64,000 nucleotides of DNA, taken from NCBI GenBank assembly GCA_964615775.1, contig CAZTQB010000002.1:21589-85588 (forward strand), in the 5' to 3' direction. Source of the stretch: an uncultured Candidatus Saccharibacteria bacterium (GTDB lineage: Bacteria; Patescibacteriota; Saccharimonadia; Saccharimonadales; 2-12-FULL-41-12). The position numbers and the translations under genes are program-made. The notes below the pieces were generated by a model. That model had not been told where the DNA came from, did no database searches, and worked only from the letters and a program-made list of their open reading frames with translations. Shown piece after piece: positions 1 to 12,232 of this stretch. Each line of letters opens with the position of its first letter. Position 1 is the stretch's first letter.

Positions 1-745
1 CTTGCAAAGTTTCTTTGTCGCCTAAGCCACTATACTTTGCATACATATTCAGTACTTCTATGTAGCTCTTTGGCTTAAGACTGAGCTGAACATTATATAC
101 CGGATGCATATTTTCATACGTCAGCTTAGTTGTTTTGAGCGAATAAACATTTTTAGACTTTAGAGAGTTCATCAACTCGGTGGAACGATCAGCCGAGAAG
201 TTACCAAATGGTATAAATGTGAACAATACCTGATCTAAAGCTTCAGCTTTCTGACCTTTCTGTTCATCGGTTTTTCGGATTGCCCAAGTATTCAAAAGTT
301 TACTATAGTCAGTCTTGTCATCATCTGTTTTATTGATATTAATTGCAGTATAACGCAAGTAATCAGCATCTTTTACGCCAATTGACTCGCTAGTAACTGA
401 TGATTTATTGCGAGTTTTATCGATCTGCTCTACGTCTGTAACAGTCTTGACTAGTGGTTGTGGCGTAAACTGTAAATAGTATCGCTCAGTTTGGCTGCTC
501 GTACCATCGGTTTGTTCTACCTTTTTGGTTAGACTGCTAGCTTGTAGGCTATTGTCGATCATACCCCAAAAAACATTATCTGGCTTAAGAAAAATATTTT
601 GATACCAATAGTAGCTTGAAAACCCAAACAGTCCTAGTCCTATCAAGACCATCACACTAACTAACACCTTAAAAGATCTGAAGTTAGGTTTTTTTGTAAA
701 TTTTAAAATATTTCTACGTGATTTATTTGATTGATTATCTGTCAT
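1..745 (-). CDS. hypothetical membrane-anchored protein; 3' part lies beyond the left window edge
   Basis: Minus-strand open frame from ATG (743-745) to position 1. It is absent from the ORF track because no stop lies in the window. The N-terminus MTDNQSNKSRRNILKFTKKPNFRSFKVLVSVMVLIGLGLFGF is a basic stretch followed by one TM helix. Confidence 0.6.
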   Translation of the reverse strand, partial: MTDNQSNKSRRNILKFTKKPNFRSFKVLVSVMVLIGLGLFGFSSYYWYQNIFLKPDNVFWGMIDNSLQASSLTKKVEQTDGTSSQTERYYLQFTPQPLVKTVTDVEQIDKTRNKSSVTSESIGVKDADYLRYTAININKTDDDKTDYSKLLNTWAIRKTDEQKGQKAEALDQVLFTFIPFGNFSADRSTELMNSLKSKNVYSLKTTKLTYENMHPVYNVQLSLKPKSYIEVLNMYAKYSGLGDKETLQ

Positions 746-1019
746 TTCCTTATATTCCTTCTTTCAAAATTTCTGCAAAACAACACCACCAGACATCGGA
801 TTAATACTTTTGACGCCGAGCCGATAGAGAGATTATACCGTATCACACAAAGCTATACCAATCCAAAAACACACCCAGAGGAAGATACAACAAACATTTG
901 ATGCCCTTAGGTTAAACCTATGCTCGACAGATGGGCTTAATTTGGACAAGTATTACAGTTAAAGGTATGCAAGGCACAGAGAACCCCAAATAGACGACAT
1001 ATTACATCTGCAAAGCCGG

Positions 1020-1211
1020 TTAATTTTTGGTTTTATTTCTTTTAGCTAGAAACCTATATACTAAAAATAATGGCAAAAAGACGACTAATGCCACAACGGT
1101 AGTTACTAGCAGATTAGTACCTTCTGGGTCGTTAGGACTAGCAAATGATAAAAGTGCCTTAGATGAAGCAAAAGACACTATCACTAATACAAGCAGAACA
1201 ACATAGTTCAT
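1020..1211 (-). CDS. small hydrophobic protein (2 predicted TM helices), hypothetical
   Basis: 63-aa ORF made almost entirely of two hydrophobic helices with a basic C-terminal tail. No family was recognised. Confidence 0.35.
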   Translation of the reverse strand: MNYVVLLVLVIVSFASSKALLSFASPNDPEGTNLLVTTVVALVVFLPLFLVYRFLAKRNKTKN

Positions 1212-1358
1212 AAATCTATTATAGCTTAAATGCTTTCAATTATTATTGCTTATGGTGATGCACGGTTGTTTAAAGCCTTGCTTTTCTATAACCTCGTCAA
1301 GAATCTTGTCCATATATAATAAGCTGCTAAAGATTCCATATCTTTTATAAAACTAAAC

Positions 1359-1380
1359 CCACCATACGATTTGATGGTGG
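1359..1380 (-). terminator. hairpin downstream of tRNA-Ala
   Basis: CCACCAT (1359-1365) pairs with ATGGTGG (1374-1380). On the minus strand it is followed by the T-rich TTTAGTTTTAT. Confidence 0.45.
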
Positions 1381-1399
1381 ATTTAGGAAAAGTCGTTCG

Positions 1400-1476
1400 T
1401 GGTGGAGCTACAGGGACTCAAACCCTGGACCTCATCGCTGCCAGCGATGCACTCTAATCAACTGAGCTATAGCCCC
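1400..1476 (-). tRNA. tRNA-Ala (anticodon GGC), CCA encoded
   Basis: The reverse complement GGGGCTATAGCTCAGTTGATTAGAGTGCATCGCTGGCAGCGATGAGGTCCAGGGTTTGAGTCCCTGTAGCTCCACCA folds as a cloverleaf. It has the G3:U70 Ala identity pair and the anticodon loop CTGGCAG. Confidence 0.93.
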
Positions 1477-1664
1477 AAATTGTAAAATATTGTCATTATT
1501 CACCTCAATATCGATTAGAGATAAAGGCTTTTTTAGCTGTTGGCTCCTTAACTTGAGTCAATAGCTATGAGATTGTATCAAGTGTATGTAAAAGGTTCCT
1601 CTTCTTAACTTAATAGGATTAATTTTAACACAAAAGCCGATTTTTTAAACAAAACGACTTAATT

Positions 1665-3152
1665 TTAATGCATCATTGCAGTAGATTTTTTGGTCGATTT
1701 TTTAGAACTTTTAACTTCTTTGATAAAGACTATGACAATCACAATACCAATCAGCGTTAACAAAGCACCCACCATGAAAGCTTCTTCGAAGCCTTTCACT
1801 TGTGCTTCGGCTACTGCGTTTGCTCCATGCTCATGAATATAACGCGTAGCCGCTGAGCTGGCAACACCCGAAAGTACAGCTAGGCCTAACGACCCACCAA
1901 TCTGCTGAGACGTGTTAAGTAGTCCTGAGGCCAGACCTGAATCTTTTTCGCTTACTCCATTGGTAGCTGCGGTCGTTGTTGAGACAAAGATTAAGCCCAT
2001 ACCAACTGCCAATATAGATAACCCGGGCAATACATCATGTAAATACGTGCCGTTAACTCGCACTTGGCTGAGTAAATATAGCCCGATTGCCATAAAAACA
2101 GGTCCGATTATAAGCGGTATCTTAAAGCCAATTTTATCTAGTTTACTGGCTACCATCGTGGATACGATACCAATGATAAACGTAATCGGCAAAAAGCTTA
2201 AGCCAGAGCGAATTGGCGAATAGTGTAAGATGTTCTGCACGTAAAGTGTTAGAAAGAAGAACATTGAAAACATTCCAGCTGTGATCGGTAACATTGTCAG
2301 GTTGGCACCCGATAAGTTACGCATACGAAAAATACTAAGAGGTACTAGTGGATGCTTAGACTTACTCTCATTGACAACAAATCCGACCAACAACAATATA
2401 CTAGGGATAATAAACCACATTGCTTGGTGACTTAACCAGCCGTGCTTTGGAGCTTCAGTCAGGCCGTAAACTAGTGTCATGAGGCCAGATGTTACCAAAA
2501 CTGCACCTGGAATATCTAGATGACTATGATCAAGCTCGGCAGTACTTTCTTTGACGTACTTTATTGTCATCAAGATAACCAAAATACCAACTGGCACATT
2601 TACAAAGAAGTTCCATCGCCAACCTAAATATTCTGTTAGTATACCGCCAATCAATACACCGGCTGCTGCACCACCGGCTGCAATTGCTCCCCATACACCT
2701 AGTGCTTTGTGTCGTTCTTTACCTTCAGCAAAAGTTGTAAGTAAAATAGATAGAGCCGCTGGCGACATAAAAGCCGCCGCAAAGCCTTGTAGACCACGAG
2801 CGATATCTAAGGTAGTAGTGTTATTAGCGATACCGCAAACAAAAGAAATAGCTGTAAAAAGAATTAACCCGCTTAAAAAGATTTTTTTACGACCAAACAG
2901 ATCAGCTGCCCGACCACCGAGTAACAAAAAACCACCAAAAACTAGTGTATAGGCCGTAACTACCCACTGCAAACTCTCTGGACTATTGTAGTTTAGTGAT
3001 TTAGCAATTGATGGCAGGGCTACATTTACAATAGCCGTGTCTAGCACTACCATGAACTGGGCCAAACCAATAATCAGCAGTACCAAATTTTTGTGTTCCA
3101 TGTTTTTGAGAATCTTTTTTACCATAATTTCTAACCAGATTTTACTATACAC
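1665..3152 (-). CDS. MFS transporter, DHA2 (EmrB/QacA-like, 14-TMS) drug:H+ antiporter family
   Basis: 495-aa polytopic protein with MFS motifs (GRKKIFLSGLILF, LQGFAAAFMSPAALS). Its length and helix count are typical of DHA2. The true start may be an internal Met (3125 or 3101). Confidence 0.85.
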   Translation of the reverse strand: MYSKIWLEIMVKKILKNMEHKNLVLLIIGLAQFMVVLDTAIVNVALPSIAKSLNYNSPESLQWVVTAYTLVFGGFLLLGGRAADLFGRKKIFLSGLILFTAISFVCGIANNTTTLDIARGLQGFAAAFMSPAALSILLTTFAEGKERHKALGVWGAIAAGGAAAGVLIGGILTEYLGWRWNFFVNVPVGILVILMTIKYVKESTAELDHSHLDIPGAVLVTSGLMTLVYGLTEAPKHGWLSHQAMWFIIPSILLLVGFVVNESKSKHPLVPLSIFRMRNLSGANLTMLPITAGMFSMFFFLTLYVQNILHYSPIRSGLSFLPITFIIGIVSTMVASKLDKIGFKIPLIIGPVFMAIGLYLLSQVRVNGTYLHDVLPGLSILAVGMGLIFVSTTTAATNGVSEKDSGLASGLLNTSQQIGGSLGLAVLSGVASSAATRYIHEHGANAVAEAQVKGFEEAFMVGALLTLIGIVIVIVFIKEVKSSKKSTKKSTAMMH

Positions 3153-3315
3153 ACTTGATTAAGAAAATACAATGAAAAAAGAGCTGATGCGTACCCACCA
3201 GGCTCGGTTGTTTATAATATACATTTTTGTTTTAACAGAGGAGCCTAAACGCACCAACCCTCAACATGCTTATGATTACATACTATATATATAAAATCAA
3301 CTCGACAGCCTCCAG

Positions 3316-6377
<3,062 letters not shown>

Positions 6378-7247
6378 CTAAACTTTACTTTCAGACTCAC
6401 GCAAAATTTGAATACGCTTTTCTATAGGTGGGTGGGTACTGAAAAAATTAGCAAACGACTGACCGCTCAAAGGATTGGCAAAAAACAAGTGTGCTGTTGC
6501 CGTATTTGGCTTTTTTAGCCCCTTGCCATAAACCGCAATTTTCTCTAGAGCCGAGGCCAATCCTTCTGGATAACGAGTTGTCATTGCACCCGTAGCATCA
6601 GCCAAGTACTCTCGTTGACGAGAAATTGCCGCCTGAATAGCTCCAGCAATTACCGGAGCCAAAACTATAGCTGCTAAACCGATAATCATGACGTATGGGC
6701 TTTTGTTATCATTATTTGAAAACCATGTAAAATGTAGAATCGTATCTGCAATAATCGACACAACAGCCACCAAAGCAAAAGCATACATACTTACCCGTAT
6801 GTCATAATTTTTTACATGGCCTAGCTCGTGAGCCATTACACCCTCTAACTCTGTATCATTCATAATCTGAAGCAGTCCAGTAGTAGCACAAACTGCCGCA
6901 TGGTTAGGGTCACGTCCAGTTGCAAAAGCATTAGGACTAGGATCGTCCATAATATAGACTTTTGGCATTGGCATACCGTTTGTAATAGATAAATTCTCAA
7001 CTATCCGATAAAATCGCGGGTTATCGCGTTTGGATATTTCAGTAGCTCCATTAACCGCCAATGCCATTTTGCTACCAGAATAATACATAATAAGTGCATA
7101 AACTGCAGCCGCGATCAATATAAATGGAGTTAGTAATGGTCTACCCAGATACAAAGACACCAAATAACCCAATAAGCCAACGAAAATTATAAATCCAACG
7201 AAAATGTATACCGTTTTGCGTTTATTAGCAGCAATGTTTGAGTACAT
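6378..7247 (-). CDS. htpX: zinc metalloprotease HtpX (peptidase M48)
   Basis: HELGHV zinc motif, a downstream EYLAD motif and the 4-TM topology typical of HtpX. Confidence 0.93.
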   Translation of the reverse strand: MYSNIAANKRKTVYIFVGFIIFVGLLGYLVSLYLGRPLLTPFILIAAAVYALIMYYSGSKMALAVNGATEISKRDNPRFYRIVENLSITNGMPMPKVYIMDDPSPNAFATGRDPNHAAVCATTGLLQIMNDTELEGVMAHELGHVKNYDIRVSMYAFALVAVVSIIADTILHFTWFSNNDNKSPYVMIIGLAAIVLAPVIAGAIQAAISRQREYLADATGAMTTRYPEGLASALEKIAVYGKGLKKPNTATAHLFFANPLSGQSFANFFSTHPPIEKRIQILRESESKV

Positions 7248-7307
7248 AGCTAATTATTAGTCAACCTTTCTTTAAATTTTCTTTTTTTAATAGTTCTGTT
7301 GTTGGTT

Positions 7308-7874
7308 TTATTGGTCAAATTTAGCTTCGACCGGCTTGCTAATAGTGCTAGCCTCCGACTCCTCTACCTCGAAAAATTCACGCTCATTAAAGCCTAGAGG
7401 TCCAGCAAACAAAATGTTTGGAAACGTCTTAATCTTTATATTTAAGTCCCTAGCAGCACCATTGTAAAAACGTCTTGATGCCTGAATTTTATCCTCAGTG
7501 TCAACTAGTTCGTCTTGAAGTGACTGAAAGTTCTGGTTAGCCTTTAGATCTGGGTAAGCCTCACTAACCGCAAATAGACTTTTTAGTGTGTCGGAAAATG
7601 CATTTTCAGCTTTAGCTTGATCTTTTGGACCTTGAGCGTTCATAGCATTTGCCCTTGCAGCTGTTACTTGGTCAAAAACATCTTTTTCATGTTTAGCATA
7701 AGCCTTAACAGTGTTTATTAAGTTCGGGATTAAGTCATATCGTCTTTTTAGCTGAACTGTAATATCGCTCCACGCTTCATCAACTCTTACCTTACTTTTA
7801 ACTAAACTGTTGTAGATTGCTATTGCAACAATAACCAACAGTGCTAAAGCTCCTAATATCACCCAAAGTATCAT
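7308..7874 (-). CDS. lemA: LemA family protein
   Basis: 188 aa with an N-terminal TM helix and the conserved LemA core (YNSLV...VDEAWSDI...QLKRRYDLIPNL...RRFYNGAARDLN). Confidence 0.92.
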   Translation of the reverse strand: MILWVILGALALLVIVAIAIYNSLVKSKVRVDEAWSDITVQLKRRYDLIPNLINTVKAYAKHEKDVFDQVTAARANAMNAQGPKDQAKAENAFSDTLKSLFAVSEAYPDLKANQNFQSLQDELVDTEDKIQASRRFYNGAARDLNIKIKTFPNILFAGPLGFNEREFFEVEESEASTISKPVEAKFDQ

Positions 7875-7937
7875 TACATATTCCTTTCTTGTTTACTCTT
7901 ATATTTTAGCATAAATTAAAGCACATGAACCAACTTT

Positions 7938-8024
7938 TGGTGCACAGGGCGGGACTCGAACCCGCAAGCCTTGTGGGGCAAGAGATTTTAAGTCTCTCGT
8001 GTATACCAATTCCACCACCTGTGC
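7938..8024 (-). tRNA. tRNA-Leu (anticodon UAA), type II with long variable arm, CCA encoded
   Basis: Reverse complement GCACAGGTGGTGGAATTGGTATACACGAGAGACTTAAAATCTCTTGCCCCACAAGGCTTGCGGGTTCGAGTCCCGCCCTGTGCACCA. The anticodon loop is CTTAAAA. Confidence 0.92.
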
Positions 8025-8076
8025 AAGCAATCTAAATTTATAACTTTAACTAATTTAGCTAAATAAATGTACAAAA

Positions 8077-8150
8077 TGGAGGCACCTACGGGTAACGCTC
8101 CCGTCTACACGGTTTTGCAGACCGTTGCCTAACTTCTCGGCCAAGGCGCC
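8077..8150 (-). tRNA. tRNA-Cys (anticodon GCA), CCA encoded, atypical D- and T-loops
   Basis: Reverse complement GGCGCCTTGGCCGAGAAGTTAGGCAACGGTCTGCAAAACCGTGTAGACGGGAGCGTTACCCGTAGGTGCCTCCA. The acceptor is GGCGCCT/AGGTGCC and the discriminator is U73 (a Cys identity element). The anticodon loop is CTGCAAA. The T-loop AGCGTTA replaces the usual TTCRANY. Confidence 0.75.
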
Positions 8151-8193
8151 TTAGATCCAATAAAGACATTATATGGGTAATTTTGCTTTAAAA

Positions 8194-8224
8194 AAAGAGG
8201 CTTAAATAATTTTAAAGCCTCTTT
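8194..8224 (-). terminator. intrinsic terminator after the 274-aa secreted-protein gene
   Basis: AAAGAGGCTT (8194-8203) pairs with AAGCCTCTTT (8215-8224). A T-run follows on the minus strand. Confidence 0.7.
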
Positions 8225-8243
8225 AATTGATTTTTAGTTACTT

Positions 8244-9068
8244 TTATCTATTTGATACTACACTAGAAACACATTGACCTTGGTTTTTAAACAAGTTGCC
8301 GTTTTTGTCGGACAAGGTTCTAAAGCCGTCTTTTTTACACTGATCTTTATCAGTTGGTGTTGGTAATTTTTGTTCAAAGTTGTAAAGTGTTCCATTGAAG
8401 TTAACAGCATCAACTCGAATATCCCAATTTGGATTACCGCTACCCACATTTACCGCCTGACCAATCACAACCGCACTAGGATAAAGTGATTTTAACTGAC
8501 TAAGGGTGTAGGTCTCGTAGCCCGACATCATAGTTCCTGTGCCAATATCGCGAGTCGCCCATAGATTTCCAGCTGCAACATTCCAAGTTTGCCACTGGTT
8601 AGCCAAAACTGCGGCATTCCCTTCAGATACATAAGGTTCAAAAACTAGGTTTGCCCAGTCTTCCCCTGGTCCATCAACACATGCCATAGTAGTCACACCA
8701 TAGAGACAAGTAGATAGTTGATAGCTAGCCGATCCAGCTACAAACGTAGAACTAACTTGCTTTGTTTGATAACTTAATTCGTTTATACCTGACAAAGCCT
8801 GATTCTCAACTCGAGAATAATTAGCTTTATCCTGAGATGGTGATGGCGTAGAATCACCAGTTAATAATTGTAAAGTTCCTGTGCCAAGTGGTGCGGTCAT
8901 ATCCGCAACAAAATTCACCTGACCATTAGTCCTAGTTTCGGACGTATTCCAGCCCTTTGTGTCGCTTGGCGTAACTACTGCAGTCGAAGCAGCACTAACT
9001 ACCGATGGCGACACCAGAACTACTGCAGCCAACACTGGCATGCATAAACTTAATATTTTCTTCCTCAT
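8244..9068 (-). CDS. secreted hypothetical protein (signal peptide; C-terminal Cys-pair motif)
   Basis: The N-terminus MRKKILSLCMPVLAAVVLVSPSVVSAAS looks like a Sec signal peptide. The body is a Thr/Ser/Gly/Asn-rich beta-type sequence. The C-terminus is DQCKKDGF...FKNQGQCVSSV. Confidence 0.7.
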   Translation of the reverse strand: MRKKILSLCMPVLAAVVLVSPSVVSAASTAVVTPSDTKGWNTSETRTNGQVNFVADMTAPLGTGTLQLLTGDSTPSPSQDKANYSRVENQALSGINELSYQTKQVSSTFVAGSASYQLSTCLYGVTTMACVDGPGEDWANLVFEPYVSEGNAAVLANQWQTWNVAAGNLWATRDIGTGTMMSGYETYTLSQLKSLYPSAVVIGQAVNVGSGNPNWDIRVDAVNFNGTLYNFEQKLPTPTDKDQCKKDGFRTLSDKNGNLFKNQGQCVSSVVSNR

Positions 9069-9197
9069 CTACCCTCCTTTAACTTTAATGTCCACTTATT
9101 TCTATTTGGACTATTACATTTTAACACTAGAATTATGACAACACCCTTACTGACCAATGAAATTTAATGGGTTGACAATATTTTCGCTTCGATTTTG

Positions 9198-9226
9198 TTG
9201 AAGTTACTTAACCAGATTGTTATAAT
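9198..9226 (+). promoter_or_regulatory. sigma70-type promoter (TTGAAG-N17-TGtTATAAT) driving the tRNA-Gly region
   Basis: -35 TTGAAG at 9198-9203, a 17-nt spacer, and an extended -10 TGTTATAAT at 9218-9226. Confidence 0.6.
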
Positions 9227-9238
9227 CTCCTAACATAT

Positions 9239-9270
9239 GCAGGTGTAGTTCAGTTTCGTGCTGGTAGCAC
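9239..9270 (+). pseudogene. tRNA-Gly-like 5' fragment (no 3' partner)
   Basis: GCAGGTGTAGTTCAGT matches the 5' end of the downstream tRNA-Gly (GCGGGTGTAGCTCAGT) at 14/16 positions. No complementary acceptor 3' strand (CACCTGC) follows. Confidence 0.5.
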
Positions 9271-9359
9271 AAAAATTAATACTTTTTACTCTATCGTCAA
9301 AACACTGAGACTAAACCCATATAAAATGTTCATTTACCATTTTACTTAAATTATGTCAT

Positions 9360-9435
9360 GCGGGTGTAGCTCAGTTGATAGAGCGCTTCCTTGCCAAGGA
9401 AGAGGCCAGGGGTTTGAGTCCCCTCACCCGCACCA
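9360..9435 (+). tRNA. tRNA-Gly (anticodon GCC), CCA encoded
   Basis: GCGGGTGTAGCTCAGTTGATAGAGCGCTTCCTTGCCAAGGAAGAGGCCAGGGGTTTGAGTCCCCTCACCCGCACCA folds as a cloverleaf. The anticodon loop is TTGCCAA. Confidence 0.93.
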
Positions 9436-9555
9436 TGTAACTAAAGACACCAAGATTAAGATTAACTCCTTATTTTTTTTACTGAACTAAGAACAAGCTA
9501 TACCTAGTTTGTTATAATTGCTATAGAAACTGAATGTTATAAAGGGGGTTAATTT

Positions 9556-12207
9556 ATGGATCAAATATGCAATATATGCGAGATTAGGCCGGCAACTCAT
9601 CTAGTTAGTATCAGGCAAAATAATCAGACGGCCGAACTAAATGTCTGTGATGTTGATTATCGACGTTTGCAGCAAGAAGCCTCCTCTAGTTCACCGTTTG
9701 ACTCATTATTATCTGGACAGAGTCCTTTTGGTTCGCTTGAGCAAGCATTCTCTCATTCACAGCGGTCACAAACCGCTGGATTGGAAACACTTTTATCTGA
9801 GACCGCCAAGGCAATAATTCAAAAAGCCGGCGAAGTAGCCCAGCAATTTGGCCGCAAAGAAGTAGACACTGAACATTTGCTATACGCACTAGCTGATGAT
9901 GAGATCGTTGGCGAAATCTTGAAACAATATAAATTAAAGCCAAATGACATCAAAGGCTACATAGACACTAATGCTCCAAAGAATGCCCAGTCGGACACAC
10001 AAGACGAAATGGGCGTTAGCCCACGAGTTAAAAGTGTCTTGCAGTTAGCTTATCAAATTTCTCGCGAGCTAGGACACGGCTATATTGGGCCAGAACATCT
10101 CTTAATTGCCCTGGCTAGCGAACCTGACGGTATGGCACATGAAGTACTGTCAAAATACGGCTTAACCGCAGAAAGTTTACGTGCTAAAACTGCCAAAGTA
10201 GTTGGTGAAGGTGCTGAAAGCGGTAAAGTTTCTTCACAAACTACCACACCAGAACTCGATAAATATTCACGCGATCTAACCAAACTAGCTGCCAGTGGCA
10301 AACTTGATCCTGTCATAGGGCGTAGTGACGAAATCCAAACAACAATCGAAATTTTAAGTCGTAGGACTAAAAATAATCCAGTTTTGATCGGAGAACCTGG
10401 CGTAGGCAAAACGGCCATTGTTGAAGGCTTAGCTCAACGAATTGAAGCTGGCGAAATACCTGAAGTCTTAGCCGGCAAAAGAGTGGTGGAACTAAGCTTA
10501 ATGTCAATTATTGCCGGGGCCAAATACAAGGGTGAATTTGAAGAACGTATTAAAGCTGTTATTGATGAGATTGTGGAACATAAAGATGAATTAATCGTTT
10601 TTGTAGACGAGATTCACACGATGGTTGGTGCTGGCGGTAATGGCGAAGGCGGTATGGATGTCTCTAATATTATGAAACCTGCCCTCGCTCGCGGAGAACT
10701 ACATCTAGTTGGGGCTACAACTCTAAACGAATATCAAAAATACATTGAGAAAGACTCTGCATTAGAACGTCGTTTTCAGCCAGTTATGGTAGCAGAACCA
10801 TCAGTTGATCAGGCTATTGAGATTATTCGCGGCTTGCGTGACAGCTATGAAGCCCACCACAAAGTCAAAATCGACGACAGTGCAGTTGTTGCCTCGGTTG
10901 AACTATCCGATAGATACATAACTTCAAGATTTTTACCTGACAAAGCCATTGATTTAATCGATCAAGCTGCGGCTAAAGTTCGCATTACTCAAGATACCCG
11001 CAGTGCCGAAATCGCCAAATATGAAGATGATATAGCAAAATTGTCTAGAGAAGCAGAATCAGCAGAAAATCACAAAAAAACCGAAGAGTCCAACAAGCTA
11101 AAAAAGCAAATCAAAGACCTTACTAAGCAAAAAAATGAACTTTTAGAAGTTTGGAAGCGTGAAAAGGGCGTCTCTACGGCAGTTGTAACCAGCTCTGACA
11201 TCGCTGTAATTGTCAGTAAACTAACCGGTGTGCCAGTGGCCGAAATGACTGAAGAAGAAAAGAGGAAATTACTTCATCTCGAAGATAAAATTCATCAGCG
11301 TGTCGTTGGCCAAGACGAAGCCGTACAAGCGGTATCCGATGCAGTACGCCTAAGCCGAGCCGGGCTAAATCAAGGTTCTCGTCCAATAGCCAATTTTTTA
11401 TTCCTCGGTCCGACAGGTGTTGGTAAAACCGAACTTGCCAAAACTCTAGCCTGGGCGGTATTTGGCGATGAAGACGCCATGATTCGGATTGATATGAGTG
11501 AGTATATGGAACGACACGCCGTTAGTCGACTAGTTGGCTCACCGCCTGGCTACGTCGGATATGATGAAGGTGGCCAACTTACAGAAGCCGTAAGAAGACA
11601 ACCCTACAGTGTAATCTTGCTAGATGAAATAGAAAAAGCTCACTCCGATGTCTATAATATTTTATTGCAAGTATTTGATGACGGCCGATTAACTGATAGC
11701 AAAGGCCGCACAGTCGACTTCACCAACACGATAATTATTGCCACAAGCAACCTTGGTAGCTCACAAATTATCGAAAACAGCAAGGCAAACAGCAAAAACA
11801 AAATAACTAAACATGAACTAAAAGACAAACTTATAGACATACTACATAGTCATTTTCGACCGGAGTTCATTAATCGAATCGACGATATTATAGTTTTCGA
11901 TTCTCTGGATGCTGAACAGATCGAAAGTATCGTAAAATTTCAGCTAGAAAAATTAATATTGCTTCTAAAGGGGCAAAACATTGCTATCAAGTTTGATGAA
12001 GCTATAGTAAAAAATTTGGCATCGCGTGGATACAAACCTGAATTTGGAGCTCGAGAATTAAGGCGACTTATCAAAACTGAAATCGAAAATAAGCTCGCTC
12101 GCAAGCTTTTATCAGGAGAAATACCCGAGGGAAGTAATGTGCAAGTTTCATTTTCAAGTAAAAATGGCATTGAAATAGCTACTAATAATAGGATAAAAAC
12201 ATCTTAG
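9556..12207 (+). CDS. clpC: Clp/Hsp100 AAA+ chaperone, ClpC-like (two AAA+ modules, short M-domain) with an extra N-terminal Cys-rich segment
   Basis: Two Clp_N repeats ([24 protein letters not shown]). Walker A motifs GEPGVGKT and GPTGVGKT. Sensor and arginine motifs are present. The coiled-coil middle domain is only ~65 aa, which is ClpC-sized rather than ClpB-sized. Confidence 0.8.
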   Translation: MDQICNICEIRPATHLVSIRQNNQTAELNVCDVDYRRLQQEASSSSPFDSLLSGQSPFGSLEQAFSHSQRSQTAGLETLLSETAKAIIQKAGEVAQQFGRKEVDTEHLLYALADDEIVGEILKQYKLKPNDIKGYIDTNAPKNAQSDTQDEMGVSPRVKSVLQLAYQISRELGHGYIGPEHLLIALASEPDGMAHEVLSKYGLTAESLRAKTAKVVGEGAESGKVSSQTTTPELDKYSRDLTKLAASGKLDPVIGRSDEIQTTIEILSRRTKNNPVLIGEPGVGKTAIVEGLAQRIEAGEIPEVLAGKRVVELSLMSIIAGAKYKGEFEERIKAVIDEIVEHKDELIVFVDEIHTMVGAGGNGEGGMDVSNIMKPALARGELHLVGATTLNEYQKYIEKDSALERRFQPVMVAEPSVDQAIEIIRGLRDSYEAHHKVKIDDSAVVASVELSDRYITSRFLPDKAIDLIDQAAAKVRITQDTRSAEIAKYEDDIAKLSREAESAENHKKTEESNKLKKQIKDLTKQKNELLEVWKREKGVSTAVVTSSDIAVIVSKLTGVPVAEMTEEEKRKLLHLEDKIHQRVVGQDEAVQAVSDAVRLSRAGLNQGSRPIANFLFLGPTGVGKTELAKTLAWAVFGDEDAMIRIDMSEYMERHAVSRLVGSPPGYVGYDEGGQLTEAVRRQPYSVILLDEIEKAHSDVYNILLQVFDDGRLTDSKGRTVDFTNTIIIATSNLGSSQIIENSKANSKNKITKHELKDKLIDILHSHFRPEFINRIDDIIVFDSLDAEQIESIVKFQLEKLILLLKGQNIAIKFDEAIVKNLASRGYKPEFGARELRRLIKTEIENKLARKLLSGEIPEGSNVQVSFSSKNGIEIATNNRIKTS

Positions 12208-12232
12208 CATTAGACTTCTATCCATCGTAGAT

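Noticed and set aside
3186-3253. Interrupted inverted repeat (TGCGT..AGGCTC / GAGCCT..ACGCA) between ligA and the MFS gene, considered as a riboswitch, operator or terminator
   Set aside because: The loop is about 35 nt and the stems are only 5-6 bp. No known motif was recognised and no regulator gene is adjacent. It is too weak to call.
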